Sequence record: MG592671.1 | DNA length: 64,000 nt | Strand: one strand, 5' to 3' | Shown here: positions 47,363-57,698 of the stretch, piece after piece | How the letters are laid out: each line of letters begins with the position of its first letter | How positions within the stretch are numbered: the stretch's first letter is position 1 | Notes under the pieces: generated by a model | Database searches by the model: none | Told to the model about the DNA's origin: nothing | What the model saw: only the letters and a program-made list of their open reading frames with translations | Translations under genes and position numbers: made by a program

Positions 47363-50014
47363 TTATACTAATGCTCTGATTCTATCAGCAGCTTGTTTAG
47401 CCCTTTTCGGTGTTTGGTTGTACCACGTTGAATCCAACATTTCATCAGCCGCAGTATTGTAGTTGTGCTCTTTTAATGCTTGTAAGAAATTCCTAAATCC
47501 CAGGACTCCATTTTTCCCTAACTGAAAGCACATCTCAGCTAATACAAGTTGAGCATCATATGGTATCACTATACCATGAGAAGTCGCTATACTCTTAGCT
47601 TGGCCAATAGCAGTGCATGAATCATATGATAACAGATCATCTGCCTCTGTAGAGGTAATTCCTCCTGAGAAGTCCTCATTAGACTTAATTAAGTGACCAT
47701 ACCCGATAGTTAAATAACCTAACGAATCATTGTACGTTTGGAACTTGTCATTTCTGTATGTTCCAGTTGCCTTTTGATATTCAAGTGTGCCTTCATGTGA
47801 TTTAAGATTCTCAAGCAAGGCGCTATCTCCGCACTCTATCATCCAATTAGTTGGTTCAGGATCTCCTATCAACGTTACTGTTTCTATTTGTGGTGGACCT
47901 GAGAATGGCACTTTTGTAGGATAACTTCCTTTTGGTAAAGGATAAAATGTTGAACCTGATTTAGGAAACAATGATGCAATACTGCTAAAGTTTGTAGTAT
48001 GGACAAGCTCACTAGACGATGAATTAGAAACTTTTAATGGCTTAGCAGGATTAGTTAATACACCTTCAGATAAACTGGCACCCTCTGCATCTTTGCCTGA
48101 TTGTGTTTTTTCTATAAAAAACAAACCTGGATCTTCTGTTCCAACAAATCCTTCGAATGATGATCCTTGTCTTCTAATCTCAAATAACCATGATGCGTTT
48201 GTTCTTGCTGTGCCTATCTGACGTTTTTGTTTTATTTCATCTCTGAGTTGAAATTGCTCAGTGTCAACGTCAATATACTTATATGTTGTCGCAAAGCCAT
48301 TATCATGTGCAATAACAATAAAGTTATTCCCTATAGCTGACACAATCCCGTCATACGAACATAGTACGTTAGATGAACCTTCGATGGTCCACCCACTGTT
48401 TGTGATGGTATTCCCGTTAGGACCTTGGATGTTTTTGCCCCAAAACCCATATTGAGCAACCCTACCAGTACTAGGCATTGCCATACCCATCGCAGATCTA
48501 CTAGAACTAGATTCCACTCCAAAGTCGTTAGTTATTGATGTCTGAACTACGTCTTCAGCATCTACACTTACAACGTCTATTTTATCAGTTTTAACCACAG
48601 GTTCTGCTAGATTCTCTGCTGGTGAGGCCTTAGCAACACTAACTGACGCACCTGCAGCGACTGGGGTCGGAACTGGCTCGGTTGTGAATGTTTTTCCACC
48701 GTTCGCTCCGTTACCTGTATCAGATGATATGTAGTCGTGTGTGTGAGATAAGAAGCTTAATCCATCATTTGCAGAACGTAGGGCAGAACCGATAACAAAG
48801 TTTGGAGCTGTAACGTCAGAATCAGATTTAACTCCGCTAGAAACCATAGAGATTGCTCCATTAATGCTGATGTCAGCACTTCCTCCGCTAAGTTCTATTG
48901 ATGAAGTTCCAGTTATGTTAGTTTTAGGAGATTCTAACCTTAAATCTCCTTGAGCTTTTATGTCAGTAGTTCCATCACTGTTTAGTGATATCGTTTCATG
49001 ACATAATACGGAATATTTCCCTGCGACTTCTGTTTTAGAGTATCCACCAATCGATGTAGTAATGTTGCCACCAGCTTCAATGTTAATATCATTCTCGGCT
49101 ATTAAATTCATATCCCCTTTTGCTCTATAAGATATGCTCTTATACGCAGTCATAGTGATATTACCTTCAGCATCCATTTCCATTCTAGCAGTGCCATCTC
49201 TGTTAATAATAAAAACATTACCATCACTCTCAGATACTAAAATTTGAGCTCCTGATCTAGTTTTCAACACTATACCTTCGTCTTTTCTAGACCCTACTGA
49301 AGTGTCGTTAACCGGGTTCCCTAATTCTGTGTTTTGGTATCCTGTTTGGTCATCATTCCATGATGGCTGTGACATCTCATCATCCGTCCAACCATCATCT
49401 AAGCATATGTGGTTGCCTCTAGGTGATGTCATGCCGTATGTTTGTGATGGAGCCTGGCGACGTGCAGATCTATTTGGTATTCCTTTTTGAGTATCATATA
49501 GTAAATTTTGCTGTTTAAGGCCGTTCGCTAATGGAACATTAACGTACGGTTCTGTTGATGAGTTCTGTGAATTTCGATCATACTCTGTAACTGGTACAGG
49601 TGAGTCTATTCCTCCAGATTGTAACACCTGAGTGCTAGTTCCTGGTACCATTCCGTTCATACCAAAATCATATGCAGAGCTAAACCAATATGATTTTTCT
49701 GTTTGACCATTAACAAAAAAGACAAAAACTCTAGTTTCTACATCAGGCGGCACTGCCCAAAAACCATATGATTTTGGGAAAGTATCATACGATTCAGCAT
49801 TTGGAGTTCCAGAAGTTCTGCCAGCAAACGGTGAGGCATAGTCAGCAGTAATCCATGAGTTTTTATTGTTTTTATCAGATGCTGATCCTTCAACCCATAC
49901 CTTCAACCTTCCCATCTTTTGCGGATCTCTGTTATCTTTTACTATACCAACCTGTATAAAGCCTGTATTGAATTTAGCGTCTTGAATTTGAGCATTTTTC
50001 TCAAACTTATTCAT
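47363..50014 (-). CDS. gp5: baseplate hub/tail lysozyme (gp5-like): OB fold + degenerate M23-like domain + GH24 lysozyme
   Basis: GIVKDNRDPQKMGRLKVWV OB motif; C-terminal HEG..YNDSLGYLTIGYGH..EMCFQLG..EMLDSTWYNQTPKRA. Confidence 0.85.
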   Translation of the reverse strand: MNKFEKNAQIQDAKFNTGFIQVGIVKDNRDPQKMGRLKVWVEGSASDKNNKNSWITADYASPFAGRTSGTPNAESYDTFPKSYGFWAVPPDVETRVFVFFVNGQTEKSYWFSSAYDFGMNGMVPGTSTQVLQSGGIDSPVPVTEYDRNSQNSSTEPYVNVPLANGLKQQNLLYDTQKGIPNRSARRQAPSQTYGMTSPRGNHICLDDGWTDDEMSQPSWNDDQTGYQNTELGNPVNDTSVGSRKDEGIVLKTRSGAQILVSESDGNVFIINRDGTARMEMDAEGNITMTAYKSISYRAKGDMNLIAENDINIEAGGNITTSIGGYSKTEVAGKYSVLCHETISLNSDGTTDIKAQGDLRLESPKTNITGTSSIELSGGSADISINGAISMVSSGVKSDSDVTAPNFVIGSALRSANDGLSFLSHTHDYISSDTGNGANGGKTFTTEPVPTPVAAGASVSVAKASPAENLAEPVVKTDKIDVVSVDAEDVVQTSITNDFGVESSSSRSAMGMAMPSTGRVAQYGFWGKNIQGPNGNTITNSGWTIEGSSNVLCSYDGIVSAIGNNFIVIAHDNGFATTYKYIDVDTEQFQLRDEIKQKRQIGTARTNASWLFEIRRQGSSFEGFVGTEDPGLFFIEKTQSGKDAEGASLSEGVLTNPAKPLKVSNSSSSELVHTTNFSSIASLFPKSGSTFYPLPKGSYPTKVPFSGPPQIETVTLIGDPEPTNWMIECGDSALLENLKSHEGTLEYQKATGTYRNDKFQTYNDSLGYLTIGYGHLIKSNEDFSGGITSTEADDLLSYDSCTAIGQAKSIATSHGIVIPYDAQLVLAEMCFQLGKNGVLGFRNFLQALKEHNYNTAADEMLDSTWYNQTPKRAKQAADRIRALV

Positions 50015-50316
50015 TAATAGCTTCCTCCTAGAAGACGTTGCACTCTGTTATTTGATGGCACACGCAACGTGATACCTGCTTGAAAATCATATATAGGATC
50101 AGCAAGTAAGTCCATGTTGGCAAGAGTGAAAATATAATATAAACGTTCGTTATCATACAACTCTTTAGCAAGTTTAGCTGGATTTTCAGCATATTTCTCT
50201 GTAAGCGTAATAAACAAATCATCATCTGCTTCAGTAATCGGCGTTGGCTCGTAATAACCCAAGTACCATGTTTGAGGTGTGCTTCTGTACACTGAATATC
50301 GTGAGTAATTAGCCAT
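50014..50316 (-). CDS. baseplate wedge protein (gp53-like)
   Basis: NPAKLAKELYDNERLYYIFTLAN..DPIYDFQAGITLRVP; stop overlaps the gp5 ATG. Confidence 0.7.
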   Translation of the reverse strand: MANYSRYSVYRSTPQTWYLGYYEPTPITEADDDLFITLTEKYAENPAKLAKELYDNERLYYIFTLANMDLLADPIYDFQAGITLRVPSNNRVQRLLGGSY

Positions 50317-50376
50317 ATGACTCTCCTTTTACGAGATTTTTAGTGGATATGTGAATTTCTATAATTATTGGTAATT

Positions 50377-51099
50377 TTAGATAAATCCACCTTTAAGTAA
50401 CAATTTACCTTTCTTAAATTCATTTAAATTAAAATCATTAGTGACGTAACTTGCTGTTGGTTGCTGTTCAAGTGACACATTAATGTTCATTACTTGAGGA
50501 ACCCAAACTTTATCATCTTTCTTAATAAAGCTATCAAAAAACGTGTCTTTTGTACCTTCAGTTCCATAAAAACCGAAAGAGTCAGTTGCTTGGATTGGCA
50601 CTTGGATATAGTCTACATCATTTCTAAATTCAAAGTTTGTGTTCTTAACAACAACTGGAATGTCATTAAACATGTAGCTACCATATGCACTAAACAGCAT
50701 AACAGGAGGAGGAGTTCCTCTTGTAGATGATGATCTGCCAAAATCCATTTTAGTTAAAGTACGCAAGAAATGAATACTAGCTAACAGGTAGTATGCTTCA
50801 CTTGCATTACCAACATGAAATTCTCCAGCGACTGTGATTGTAGTATTTGCTGTATTTTCAAATGTATTATATGCTGCCACAGAATGGGTTGGTTGCGTTG
50901 ACTCGTAGTTTGCTGCCTGTGACACGTTAATAGTTGGTGTGGTTGGCCAAATCATTCCGTTAGTGGTTCTTAGTATAGACAACAGCCCTGGCCGAACTGG
51001 TCCTTCTGATGCATCGTCGCCGTATACGTACCCTTCAGCACCATCTCTAGGACGAAGTCTTACTCTTCGATCTACTGCCATTATATTAGTCCTTGTCAT
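50377..51099 (-). CDS. baseplate/tail-tube initiator-like structural protein
   Basis: GTPPPVMLFSAYGSYMFNDIPVVV pattern; TATAAATA promoter at 51111-51118; upstream of the gp53/gp5 homologues. Confidence 0.55.
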   Translation of the reverse strand: MTRTNIMAVDRRVRLRPRDGAEGYVYGDDASEGPVRPGLLSILRTTNGMIWPTTPTINVSQAANYESTQPTHSVAAYNTFENTANTTITVAGEFHVGNASEAYYLLASIHFLRTLTKMDFGRSSSTRGTPPPVMLFSAYGSYMFNDIPVVVKNTNFEFRNDVDYIQVPIQATDSFGFYGTEGTKDTFFDSFIKKDDKVWVPQVMNINVSLEQQPTASYVTNDFNLNEFKKGKLLLKGGFI

Positions 51100-51110
51100 A
51101 TTATTTTAGG

Positions 51111-51160
51111 TATTTATAGTATGTATCATATGAGTAGTAACCCAACACAAATGTTATAAT
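51111..51160. promoter_or_regulatory. divergent promoters: late TATAAATA (minus, 51111-51118) and extended -10 TGTTATAAT (plus, 51152-51160)
   Basis: direct motif reading between divergent genes. Confidence 0.65.
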
Positions 51161-51186
51161 AAAGTAACTATTAAAAGGAGCAACAC

Positions 51187-52089
51187 ATGACCGCAAAGCC
51201 TAAACGACAAAAGGTTAATTATCTTAATAATGCTGATTTATTAGTTGAAATTCACAAATCAAAAATGTCTTTTTGTGAACTCACTGATCAACGATATAGT
51301 TGGTATGACATTATTGTGTTTGAAGAATCAGATATCAATCATACCAATATAGAGCAAGGTAAACTAAACCGCGTAAAACGTATAAATTCGGAAATGCTAC
51401 GAACAATACAAAAAGAACACAACTGTACCCCTAAAAAAGCAACTGAAATCTTAGGTGAAGACAAACTCATCACAATTGATGACATTAACGATGACGAAGT
51501 AGTTTTCAGACTTATGTGTAATGATTGGATACCGCAGTGTCCTAAAAAAGAAGAAAACAAACTACGGACTAATTTTAAGCCGTTCAAGCAATTTATTATT
51601 AAAAATAATGCACCAGTTGAAGTTGCGAGATCGCACTGGGTAGGATCGTTTATTGATGGTGAGTTCCACCCGCGTAGGGGGAGATTAACAGAAGAACTAG
51701 GTAAGATGATTATAGTCCTTGCTAATAGAACCTCAAATAAATCAAACTTCCGAGGGTACACATACTTAGATGAAATGGTAAGTGATGCTACGTTGCAAGT
51801 TGCAACTAACGCATTAAATTTTGACGAGTCTAGAGAGACTATTCAACTTAATCCATTTGCATATTACACTACTATCATTCATAATGCATTTAGGCATATA
51901 CTGAATACTGAAAAGAGAAATAGAAATATCAGAGACGATCTTCTCATTGAAAACGGGTACGAACCTAGTACTACTCGAATGGCAGAGATTGAAATACAAA
52001 TGGTTAAGGATAACGAAGAGCGTCGACTTAACGAGCAAACACCAAAAACCACTTTTGGCGATGAAAGTATGTGGGGCGATGAAGACTGA
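51187..52089 (+). CDS. gp55: late transcription sigma factor (T4 gp55-like)
   Basis: NYLNNADLL...NFRGYTYLDEMVSDA..NFD..NPFAYYTTIIHNAF; upstream of gp47-gp46 as in T4; matching NATAAATA promoters across the window. Confidence 0.85.
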   Translation: MTAKPKRQKVNYLNNADLLVEIHKSKMSFCELTDQRYSWYDIIVFEESDINHTNIEQGKLNRVKRINSEMLRTIQKEHNCTPKKATEILGEDKLITIDDINDDEVVFRLMCNDWIPQCPKKEENKLRTNFKPFKQFIIKNNAPVEVARSHWVGSFIDGEFHPRRGRLTEELGKMIIVLANRTSNKSNFRGYTYLDEMVSDATLQVATNALNFDESRETIQLNPFAYYTTIIHNAFRHILNTEKRNRNIRDDLLIENGYEPSTTRMAEIEIQMVKDNEERRLNEQTPKTTFGDESMWGDED

Positions 52090-52190
52090 TACTATATTAC
52101 ACTTGCATTGCTATTTTAAATACAAAAACAATAGATGTAGTATATCAACATGTGGGCTGGACTGGCCCACAAAACAATAGGATTATATAG

Positions 52191-53228
52191 ATGGTAAACG
52201 AAAATCAACTTTTTGATAAAGTTATTCTCTGGACAGATATCCATTATGGATTACGTAACAATTCAAAAGAACATAATGAAGAATGTAACGCCTTTATTGA
52301 TTGGATGATAGAAGATGCTAAAAAGAACAACATTAAGGATTGTATATTTCTTGGAGATTATTTCCATAATAGAAGTTCAATAAATGTCAGTACTATGCAT
52401 TATGGATTAGCTGGTATGCGAAAACTAAATGATTATTTTGATAATGTTTGGTTTATAGTTGGTAACCATGATTTATTCTATAAAAATAAAAGAGATATCA
52501 CATCTGTTGAGTTTGCTGATGAATTTTCTAATATCCATCTTATAAATGAGATTACTGATATTGGCGGATGCACGTTTGTGCCGTTTCTAGTTGGTGACGA
52601 ATGGGAATCCCTTAAGCAAAAGAATCCGAAATATTTCTTCGGTCATTTTGAGCTTCCAGGATATAAATTAAACTCTCTTGTTCAGATGCCAGATCACGGA
52701 AAAGAATCTGATACTATGTTTAACTGTGATACTTTGTTTAGTGGCCATTTCCATAAAAGGCAAATGAAATCAACTGAGACTGATACTAAAATTGTATATA
52801 TTGGTAATTGCTTCCCTCATAATTTTAGTGATGCATGGGATGATGCAAGAGGTTCAGTAATATTAGAGTGGGGAGAAAAACCAGTATTTCGAAATTGGCC
52901 AGATGCTCCTAAATTTAGAACTGCTGATATGTCTGACGTTCTTGAGGATCCATCATATTACCTAGGTCCTAAAGTCACAATTAAAGTAACATTGGATATT
53001 GACCTAAGTGTTGAAGAGTTAATATTCATTAAAGAAACATATACAAAGTTTTATGGGTTAAAGGATTTCAACATCGTACAAGCTAAAAATCAGTTAGGTT
53101 CGGTTGAATTAGATGGGTCAGAATTACAAGCTGAGTCAGTTGATACAATAGTCGCTGATCAAATTAGCAACATTGATTCAAACACATTAGAAAAATCATT
53201 ACTATTAGAAATATACAATAGCTTATAA
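52191..53228 (+). CDS. gp47: recombination endonuclease subunit (gp47/Mre11/SbcD-like)
   Basis: DIH, GDYFHNR, GNHD, GHFE, GHFH metallophosphoesterase motifs. Confidence 0.92.
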   Translation: MVNENQLFDKVILWTDIHYGLRNNSKEHNEECNAFIDWMIEDAKKNNIKDCIFLGDYFHNRSSINVSTMHYGLAGMRKLNDYFDNVWFIVGNHDLFYKNKRDITSVEFADEFSNIHLINEITDIGGCTFVPFLVGDEWESLKQKNPKYFFGHFELPGYKLNSLVQMPDHGKESDTMFNCDTLFSGHFHKRQMKSTETDTKIVYIGNCFPHNFSDAWDDARGSVILEWGEKPVFRNWPDAPKFRTADMSDVLEDPSYYLGPKVTIKVTLDIDLSVEELIFIKETYTKFYGLKDFNIVQAKNQLGSVELDGSELQAESVDTIVADQISNIDSNTLEKSLLLEIYNSL

Positions 53229-53236
53229 GGAACACA

Positions 53237-55393
53237 ATGAATATTATTTTCAAATATATCGAGATGCGCAATTTTTATAGTTTTGGTAATGTCGTTCAAA
53301 AAGTAGAGCTCGACAGCTCTCCTTTAACTCTTGTTTTAGGACAAAATAACGATGCATCAGGAGCAGAAAACTCAGACAGTGCACGTAATGGTGTTGGTAA
53401 ATCCGCCATGATCCAAGCTATCAATTTCGGCCTATACGGAAAATCAGTAGGTAATAAAGTAAAAGTATCCAACCTAGTCAATAAAACTAACAAGAAAAAT
53501 TGCGAAGTTACTATTGCTTTTGAAAAAGATGGAATTCCGTATCGAATTGAAAGAAAACGAAATCCAACAAGTTTGTCCCTTTACATTGATGATATTGACA
53601 TAGAATCTTTGGATGATGAAGCTAGAGGCGAAGCTAAAGATACGCAGGAAGAGATTACTGACATTCTAGGAATGCCACAGGAAATGTTTAATCAAATCGT
53701 TACCCTAAGCACTTCAGTTGAACCATTTTTAGGACAAGGGCCATCTAAGCAGCGTGAGCTTATAGAACAGCTTTTGGGTATCACGCAACTATCTGAAAAA
53801 GCATCAGTATTGAAGGACTTAATTAAACAGACTAAGTCAAGCATCACTAATGAAGAATTTAAGCTAGACACTGTTACTAAGTCTAATGAAAAAGTTCAAA
53901 CTTCTATTAAACATTTAGAGTCACAATCTGTTAAATGGGATAGAGATACTGAGGATGGTATTGTGGAGTGTAAATCAAATCTCTCACTACTGTCATCTGT
54001 TGACATTGATTTAGAAATCACAAATCAGCATCTAGCAGAAGAGGCAAGAAAGCACAATAACAAGCTTGATGATTTAAAAGACCAAGTACAGTCATACAAA
54101 GAACACATTGATTCTTGGGAGAAAGATAAAGAAACCTCACTTAGTAATCTACAACACAAATACGATATTCTTTGTGAAATTGATATTGAGGATGAGTTGG
54201 CAAAACATAAAGAACTTAATGTATACAATGAAGAAAGTAGAAAAATTAACGATGCTATACAAAGATATGAATTTGTTAAAAAAGATGCTGTTCGTGTTAA
54301 ACGAGATGTCACTAGACATAAAGCTCAGTTAGACAAATATCAATCCCAGTTAGATATTGCTTTTGAATCGAAATGTCATACTTGTGGGCAAGTTCTTACT
54401 GACGAAGATCATACTGCTATCATTAGTGATCTAGAAAACAAATTAAACTCTACTAAAACAAACGTTAATGATAGTGAAGCTGAATATAAAGATCTACAAG
54501 AAAAAATGCAACACATTAGTGATTATGAGATATATGATCTAGGAGAGAAGCCAACAGTTCACTATGTTGATATAACACAAGCTTATGAACACGATTCTAA
54601 ATTAAAACGTTTGTCTGAGAAGATAAACGAAACTTATGTGATGGCGTGCCCGATGAATAGCGCATTAGAGAGAGTTCAGGACGAAATTAGTAATTTTGTT
54701 GAGCATGAAGTGCCTCTAACAGTGTATGATACAGTGGCTGAAGCTTATGAGCATAAAAATATGGTACAAGCACTCACATCAGAGCTAGAAACACTTGAAG
54801 CTCAATGTAACCCGTATGTTGATCAGATTAAGTCACTTAAGGCTGACTCACTTCAGAAAGTGGACTATGAAGAAGTGAATCGCCTACGTAAGTTGCAGGA
54901 GCATCAGGATTTCCTTGTTAGGTTGTTAACTAATAAAGACAGTTTTGTTCGTAAACGAATTATTGAGCAGAATATACAATTCCTAAATCAAAGACTAACT
55001 CATTATATTGATAAGTGCGGTTCTGAACATAAAGTAACATTCATCAATGATTTATCAGTTGAAATAGATAAAATGGGAGAAAATTTTGATTTTGAGAGTT
55101 TATCAAGAGGGGAAAAGTGCAGAGTTATAATTTCACTAGCGCTTGCCTTCCGAGATACGTACGAATCTCTGTACGGAGCTAATAATCTATTATTAGTTGA
55201 TGAATTGTTCGATTCTGGTACTGATCCTGCAGGTATTGAAGCATGTTATAAAATAATCAAAGAGATGAGTAGAAATAGACATAAAAACATTTATGTTATC
55301 TCCCACAGGGAAGAACTAATTGCTAGATCAGAAAAAACAATGTTAATCGTTAAAGAGAACGGATTTAGTTCAATTGAGATTGATGAAGAATAA
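53237..55393 (+). CDS. gp46: recombination ATPase subunit (gp46/Rad50/SbcC-like)
   Basis: NGVGKS Walker A, coiled coils with CHTC zinc hook, LSRGE signature, LLVDELFD Walker B, ISH. Confidence 0.92.
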   Translation: MNIIFKYIEMRNFYSFGNVVQKVELDSSPLTLVLGQNNDASGAENSDSARNGVGKSAMIQAINFGLYGKSVGNKVKVSNLVNKTNKKNCEVTIAFEKDGIPYRIERKRNPTSLSLYIDDIDIESLDDEARGEAKDTQEEITDILGMPQEMFNQIVTLSTSVEPFLGQGPSKQRELIEQLLGITQLSEKASVLKDLIKQTKSSITNEEFKLDTVTKSNEKVQTSIKHLESQSVKWDRDTEDGIVECKSNLSLLSSVDIDLEITNQHLAEEARKHNNKLDDLKDQVQSYKEHIDSWEKDKETSLSNLQHKYDILCEIDIEDELAKHKELNVYNEESRKINDAIQRYEFVKKDAVRVKRDVTRHKAQLDKYQSQLDIAFESKCHTCGQVLTDEDHTAIISDLENKLNSTKTNVNDSEAEYKDLQEKMQHISDYEIYDLGEKPTVHYVDITQAYEHDSKLKRLSEKINETYVMACPMNSALERVQDEISNFVEHEVPLTVYDTVAEAYEHKNMVQALTSELETLEAQCNPYVDQIKSLKADSLQKVDYEEVNRLRKLQEHQDFLVRLLTNKDSFVRKRIIEQNIQFLNQRLTHYIDKCGSEHKVTFINDLSVEIDKMGENFDFESLSRGEKCRVIISLALAFRDTYESLYGANNLLLVDELFDSGTDPAGIEACYKIIKEMSRNRHKNIYVISHREELIARSEKTMLIVKENGFSSIEIDEE

Positions 55394-55418
55394 AAAAGGA
55401 GCCTTAAGGCTCCTTTTT
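55393..55418. terminator. bidirectional terminator (26-bp perfect palindrome)
   Basis: aaaaaggagcctt|aaggctccttttt between convergent gp46 and endonuclease VII. Confidence 0.75.
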
Positions 55419-55904
55419 GTTTATAGTCCACGTTCCATTGAATACCTTAAGAGTGCCGTCTTTAATTAGTTTTCTGGCTTGATTCGATCTTTTTTTAACG
55501 TTCTCAAAAGGCTCTAAACCAGCCTCAGTTAATAAACGTTTTTGTTCTGTCGCTTTTAAGCCTTTAAACTTTTTTATATCCATTGTCAGAGCAGTGTGGT
55601 GAATTTTATTATTAGACACATCTGCTTCTAAGTAATCAGCTAAGTTCCTAAGCACTTCATGAAGTGGCTTATCAGTAAGGTGTTTCATATACCTATTAAA
55701 AGAATTTTGCACTTTGCCTTCAAAGGTGTTGCAGGTTCTGTCTAGCACAGCCCTGCAACGTTGTTCGCCAAAGTGTTGGTGGTCTAAGCAACCATCTTTG
55801 ATAATTTCTTTAGTAATAGGGTCTAACCCTTTCTGTTTTTTTAGAAGTTCACGTCTATATGACGCCGCTTCTTTCGAATTTTTTAAACGGTCATCCTTTG
55901 CCAT
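55404..55904 (-). CDS. recombination endonuclease VII-like (gp49)
   Basis: CLDHQH...RAVLDRTCNTFEGK catalytic pattern; LRNLADYL. Confidence 0.75.
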   Translation of the reverse strand: MAKDDRLKNSKEAASYRRELLKKQKGLDPITKEIIKDGCLDHQHFGEQRCRAVLDRTCNTFEGKVQNSFNRYMKHLTDKPLHEVLRNLADYLEADVSNNKIHHTALTMDIKKFKGLKATEQKRLLTEAGLEPFENVKKRSNQARKLIKDGTLKVFNGTWTINKKEP

Positions 55905-55997
55905 ATAGTTCGCCTCCCGTCGTTCTACATAGTATTTATGGCTGCACGTCTAGCTTTATGTTATAATATATTGTAACAACATAATTTAGGAGGTTAT

Positions 55998-57698
55998 GTG
56001 AAACACACAGAACTAAAACTCTATATACTTGACGCCATAGCTGGAGCAGGTAAAACACGAGCAATAATTTACGACTCAGTTCGTAATGCTGCAAATAATG
56101 AAAGGGTTCTCATTATTCAAGAAACATTGGATTTATTAGATCAAACCTACGTAGATATTAATAATTGGATAAAGCAACGAGCTATTACTGATGTTAAGGT
56201 TAAGCGCATACATTCATTAAGTAAAGATTCGTCTAAAGGAGTAGCTGGTTCTGCACTAGAGAGATGTCGATCTAACCATGCAGGTGAAATACTTCTGTTG
56301 ACGAAGGAAACATTTTTTGAAATTAGAACTAGAGGTTACGACTTTACTGGATGGGTAGGGTATGTGGATGAATTTTTGAATCCATTTAATGTAACTAAAT
56401 TATCTACAGAATGGAAATCAGCTGAGGTTTTTGAATCGTTATACATTCCTATTGAGGAAGATAGGGAATTTAATGAGATTGGCCCTAGTTCAGAATTGTA
56501 TAAAATTTTAAAATCAAAGCCTGATGATTATGCGTATAATGCCATGAAAGAAAGTGGCGTAATTAGGTCTTTGTCTGCACCATACATTCGTTGTTTTATT
56601 GATGATAAGAAAGAACATCTAGCAACTCTTATAACTCCTGACATTTTTCAAAATTTTAAAGAGGTAACAATATGTGGTGCAAAATACAACTATCATGAAA
56701 TGTCTATGTTTTGGAGAGATTATGACATCCTAGAATCACCACTTAAGTCTGAATTGTTGGAAGTTAAAACAGAAGCCACTGTCTGCATCGCATACGTAAA
56801 CAAAGTACGTTGGAGTTCATCTCTTAAAAGATCAAGTGACTTGATGTCTGCAATTGGTAAGTCCCTTAACGAATGGTTTGTTAACGAGAACTATATTATA
56901 TCAGAAAAAGAGCGCTTCAAGAATGATCTGGGCATTATTGAGTGGGGTATTGATAGATATACTAAGACTGAGACGACTGGTGGGGTTTTTATTGGGTGTA
57001 ATGTGGCTGGAATGAATAATTACCGACAGGATACCAATGCTGCTTTCCTGAGATCTTTAGGTAGACCAATTTCGTGGTACAAAGCGGCAAGGTCTATAAT
57101 GGAGTTTTCAATGTCTGATATTTTTGATCTCGAAATAAAATGTCATAATGCGTATTCTGCATATCAATTCCTATACAGAACTAATATACGAATCCCTACG
57201 TATAAAGGCGAGATAAACTACGTAGTAGGATCAGAGCTCATAGCCAGCACTGTTAAGGAGATGATAAATTCAGATAATGTTCTTTTATACGAACTACCTG
57301 TAGATATATCAGAAATTAAAGATAGTGACATGTGTTTTGCATTCCAAAGACTAGAATGGAAAGAAGAGGAAGAGCGAGTACAAGCTGAGTGTAAGCATAT
57401 GATTTCTGAGATTAACACGTTCCTCCGATCTGCATTAAACGACACTATTGCAATAGCTCGTTCTAAAAATCTTGCAAAGGATAAAAAGTTATGGGCGGAG
57501 ACGCAGCTAACTAATTATCGAAAAGCAAACAGAATTATAAGCACTAAGAGGGATAAGAAAAATCTCGAAAAAATAAAGGTTGCTCACCAATTAGTGTTTG
57601 GGGAAGATAATATCCCAGAAGTTCCAGAAGAAAAATCTCTTTCAGAAAAAGAACTTGTTATTTTAAGAGCATTAGAAAAGCTAAACATCATCAAATAA
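55998..57698 (+). CDS. P-loop NTPase, SF2/DEAD-like helicase-related
   Basis: AIAGAGKT Walker A, GYVDE Walker B, later GMN.Y and YQFLYRTNIR motifs; GGAGG RBS and TGTTATAAT promoter. Confidence 0.6.
   Translation: MKHTELKLYILDAIAGAGKTRAIIYDSVRNAANNERVLIIQETLDLLDQTYVDINNWIKQRAITDVKVKRIHSLSKDSSKGVAGSALERCRSNHAGEILLLTKETFFEIRTRGYDFTGWVGYVDEFLNPFNVTKLSTEWKSAEVFESLYIPIEEDREFNEIGPSSELYKILKSKPDDYAYNAMKESGVIRSLSAPYIRCFIDDKKEHLATLITPDIFQNFKEVTICGAKYNYHEMSMFWRDYDILESPLKSELLEVKTEATVCIAYVNKVRWSSSLKRSSDLMSAIGKSLNEWFVNENYIISEKERFKNDLGIIEWGIDRYTKTETTGGVFIGCNVAGMNNYRQDTNAAFLRSLGRPISWYKAARSIMEFSMSDIFDLEIKCHNAYSAYQFLYRTNIRIPTYKGEINYVVGSELIASTVKEMINSDNVLLYELPVDISEIKDSDMCFAFQRLEWKEEEERVQAECKHMISEINTFLRSALNDTIAIARSKNLAKDKKLWAETQLTNYRKANRIISTKRDKKNLEKIKVAHQLVFGEDNIPEVPEEKSLSEKELVILRALEKLNIIK

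Noticed and set aside
52151-52171. GC-rich hairpin tgtgggc-tggactg-gcccaca upstream of gp47
   Set aside because: Too short for a tRNA or ncRNA call and lacks a U-tract; possibly a processing or stability hairpin but unsupported
53330-53405. Insertion within the gp46 Walker A region (GQNNDASGAENSDSARNGVGKS) as an intein or defect
   Set aside because: Only about 12 aa, no intein motifs, and the GxGKS core and other ATPase motifs are intact
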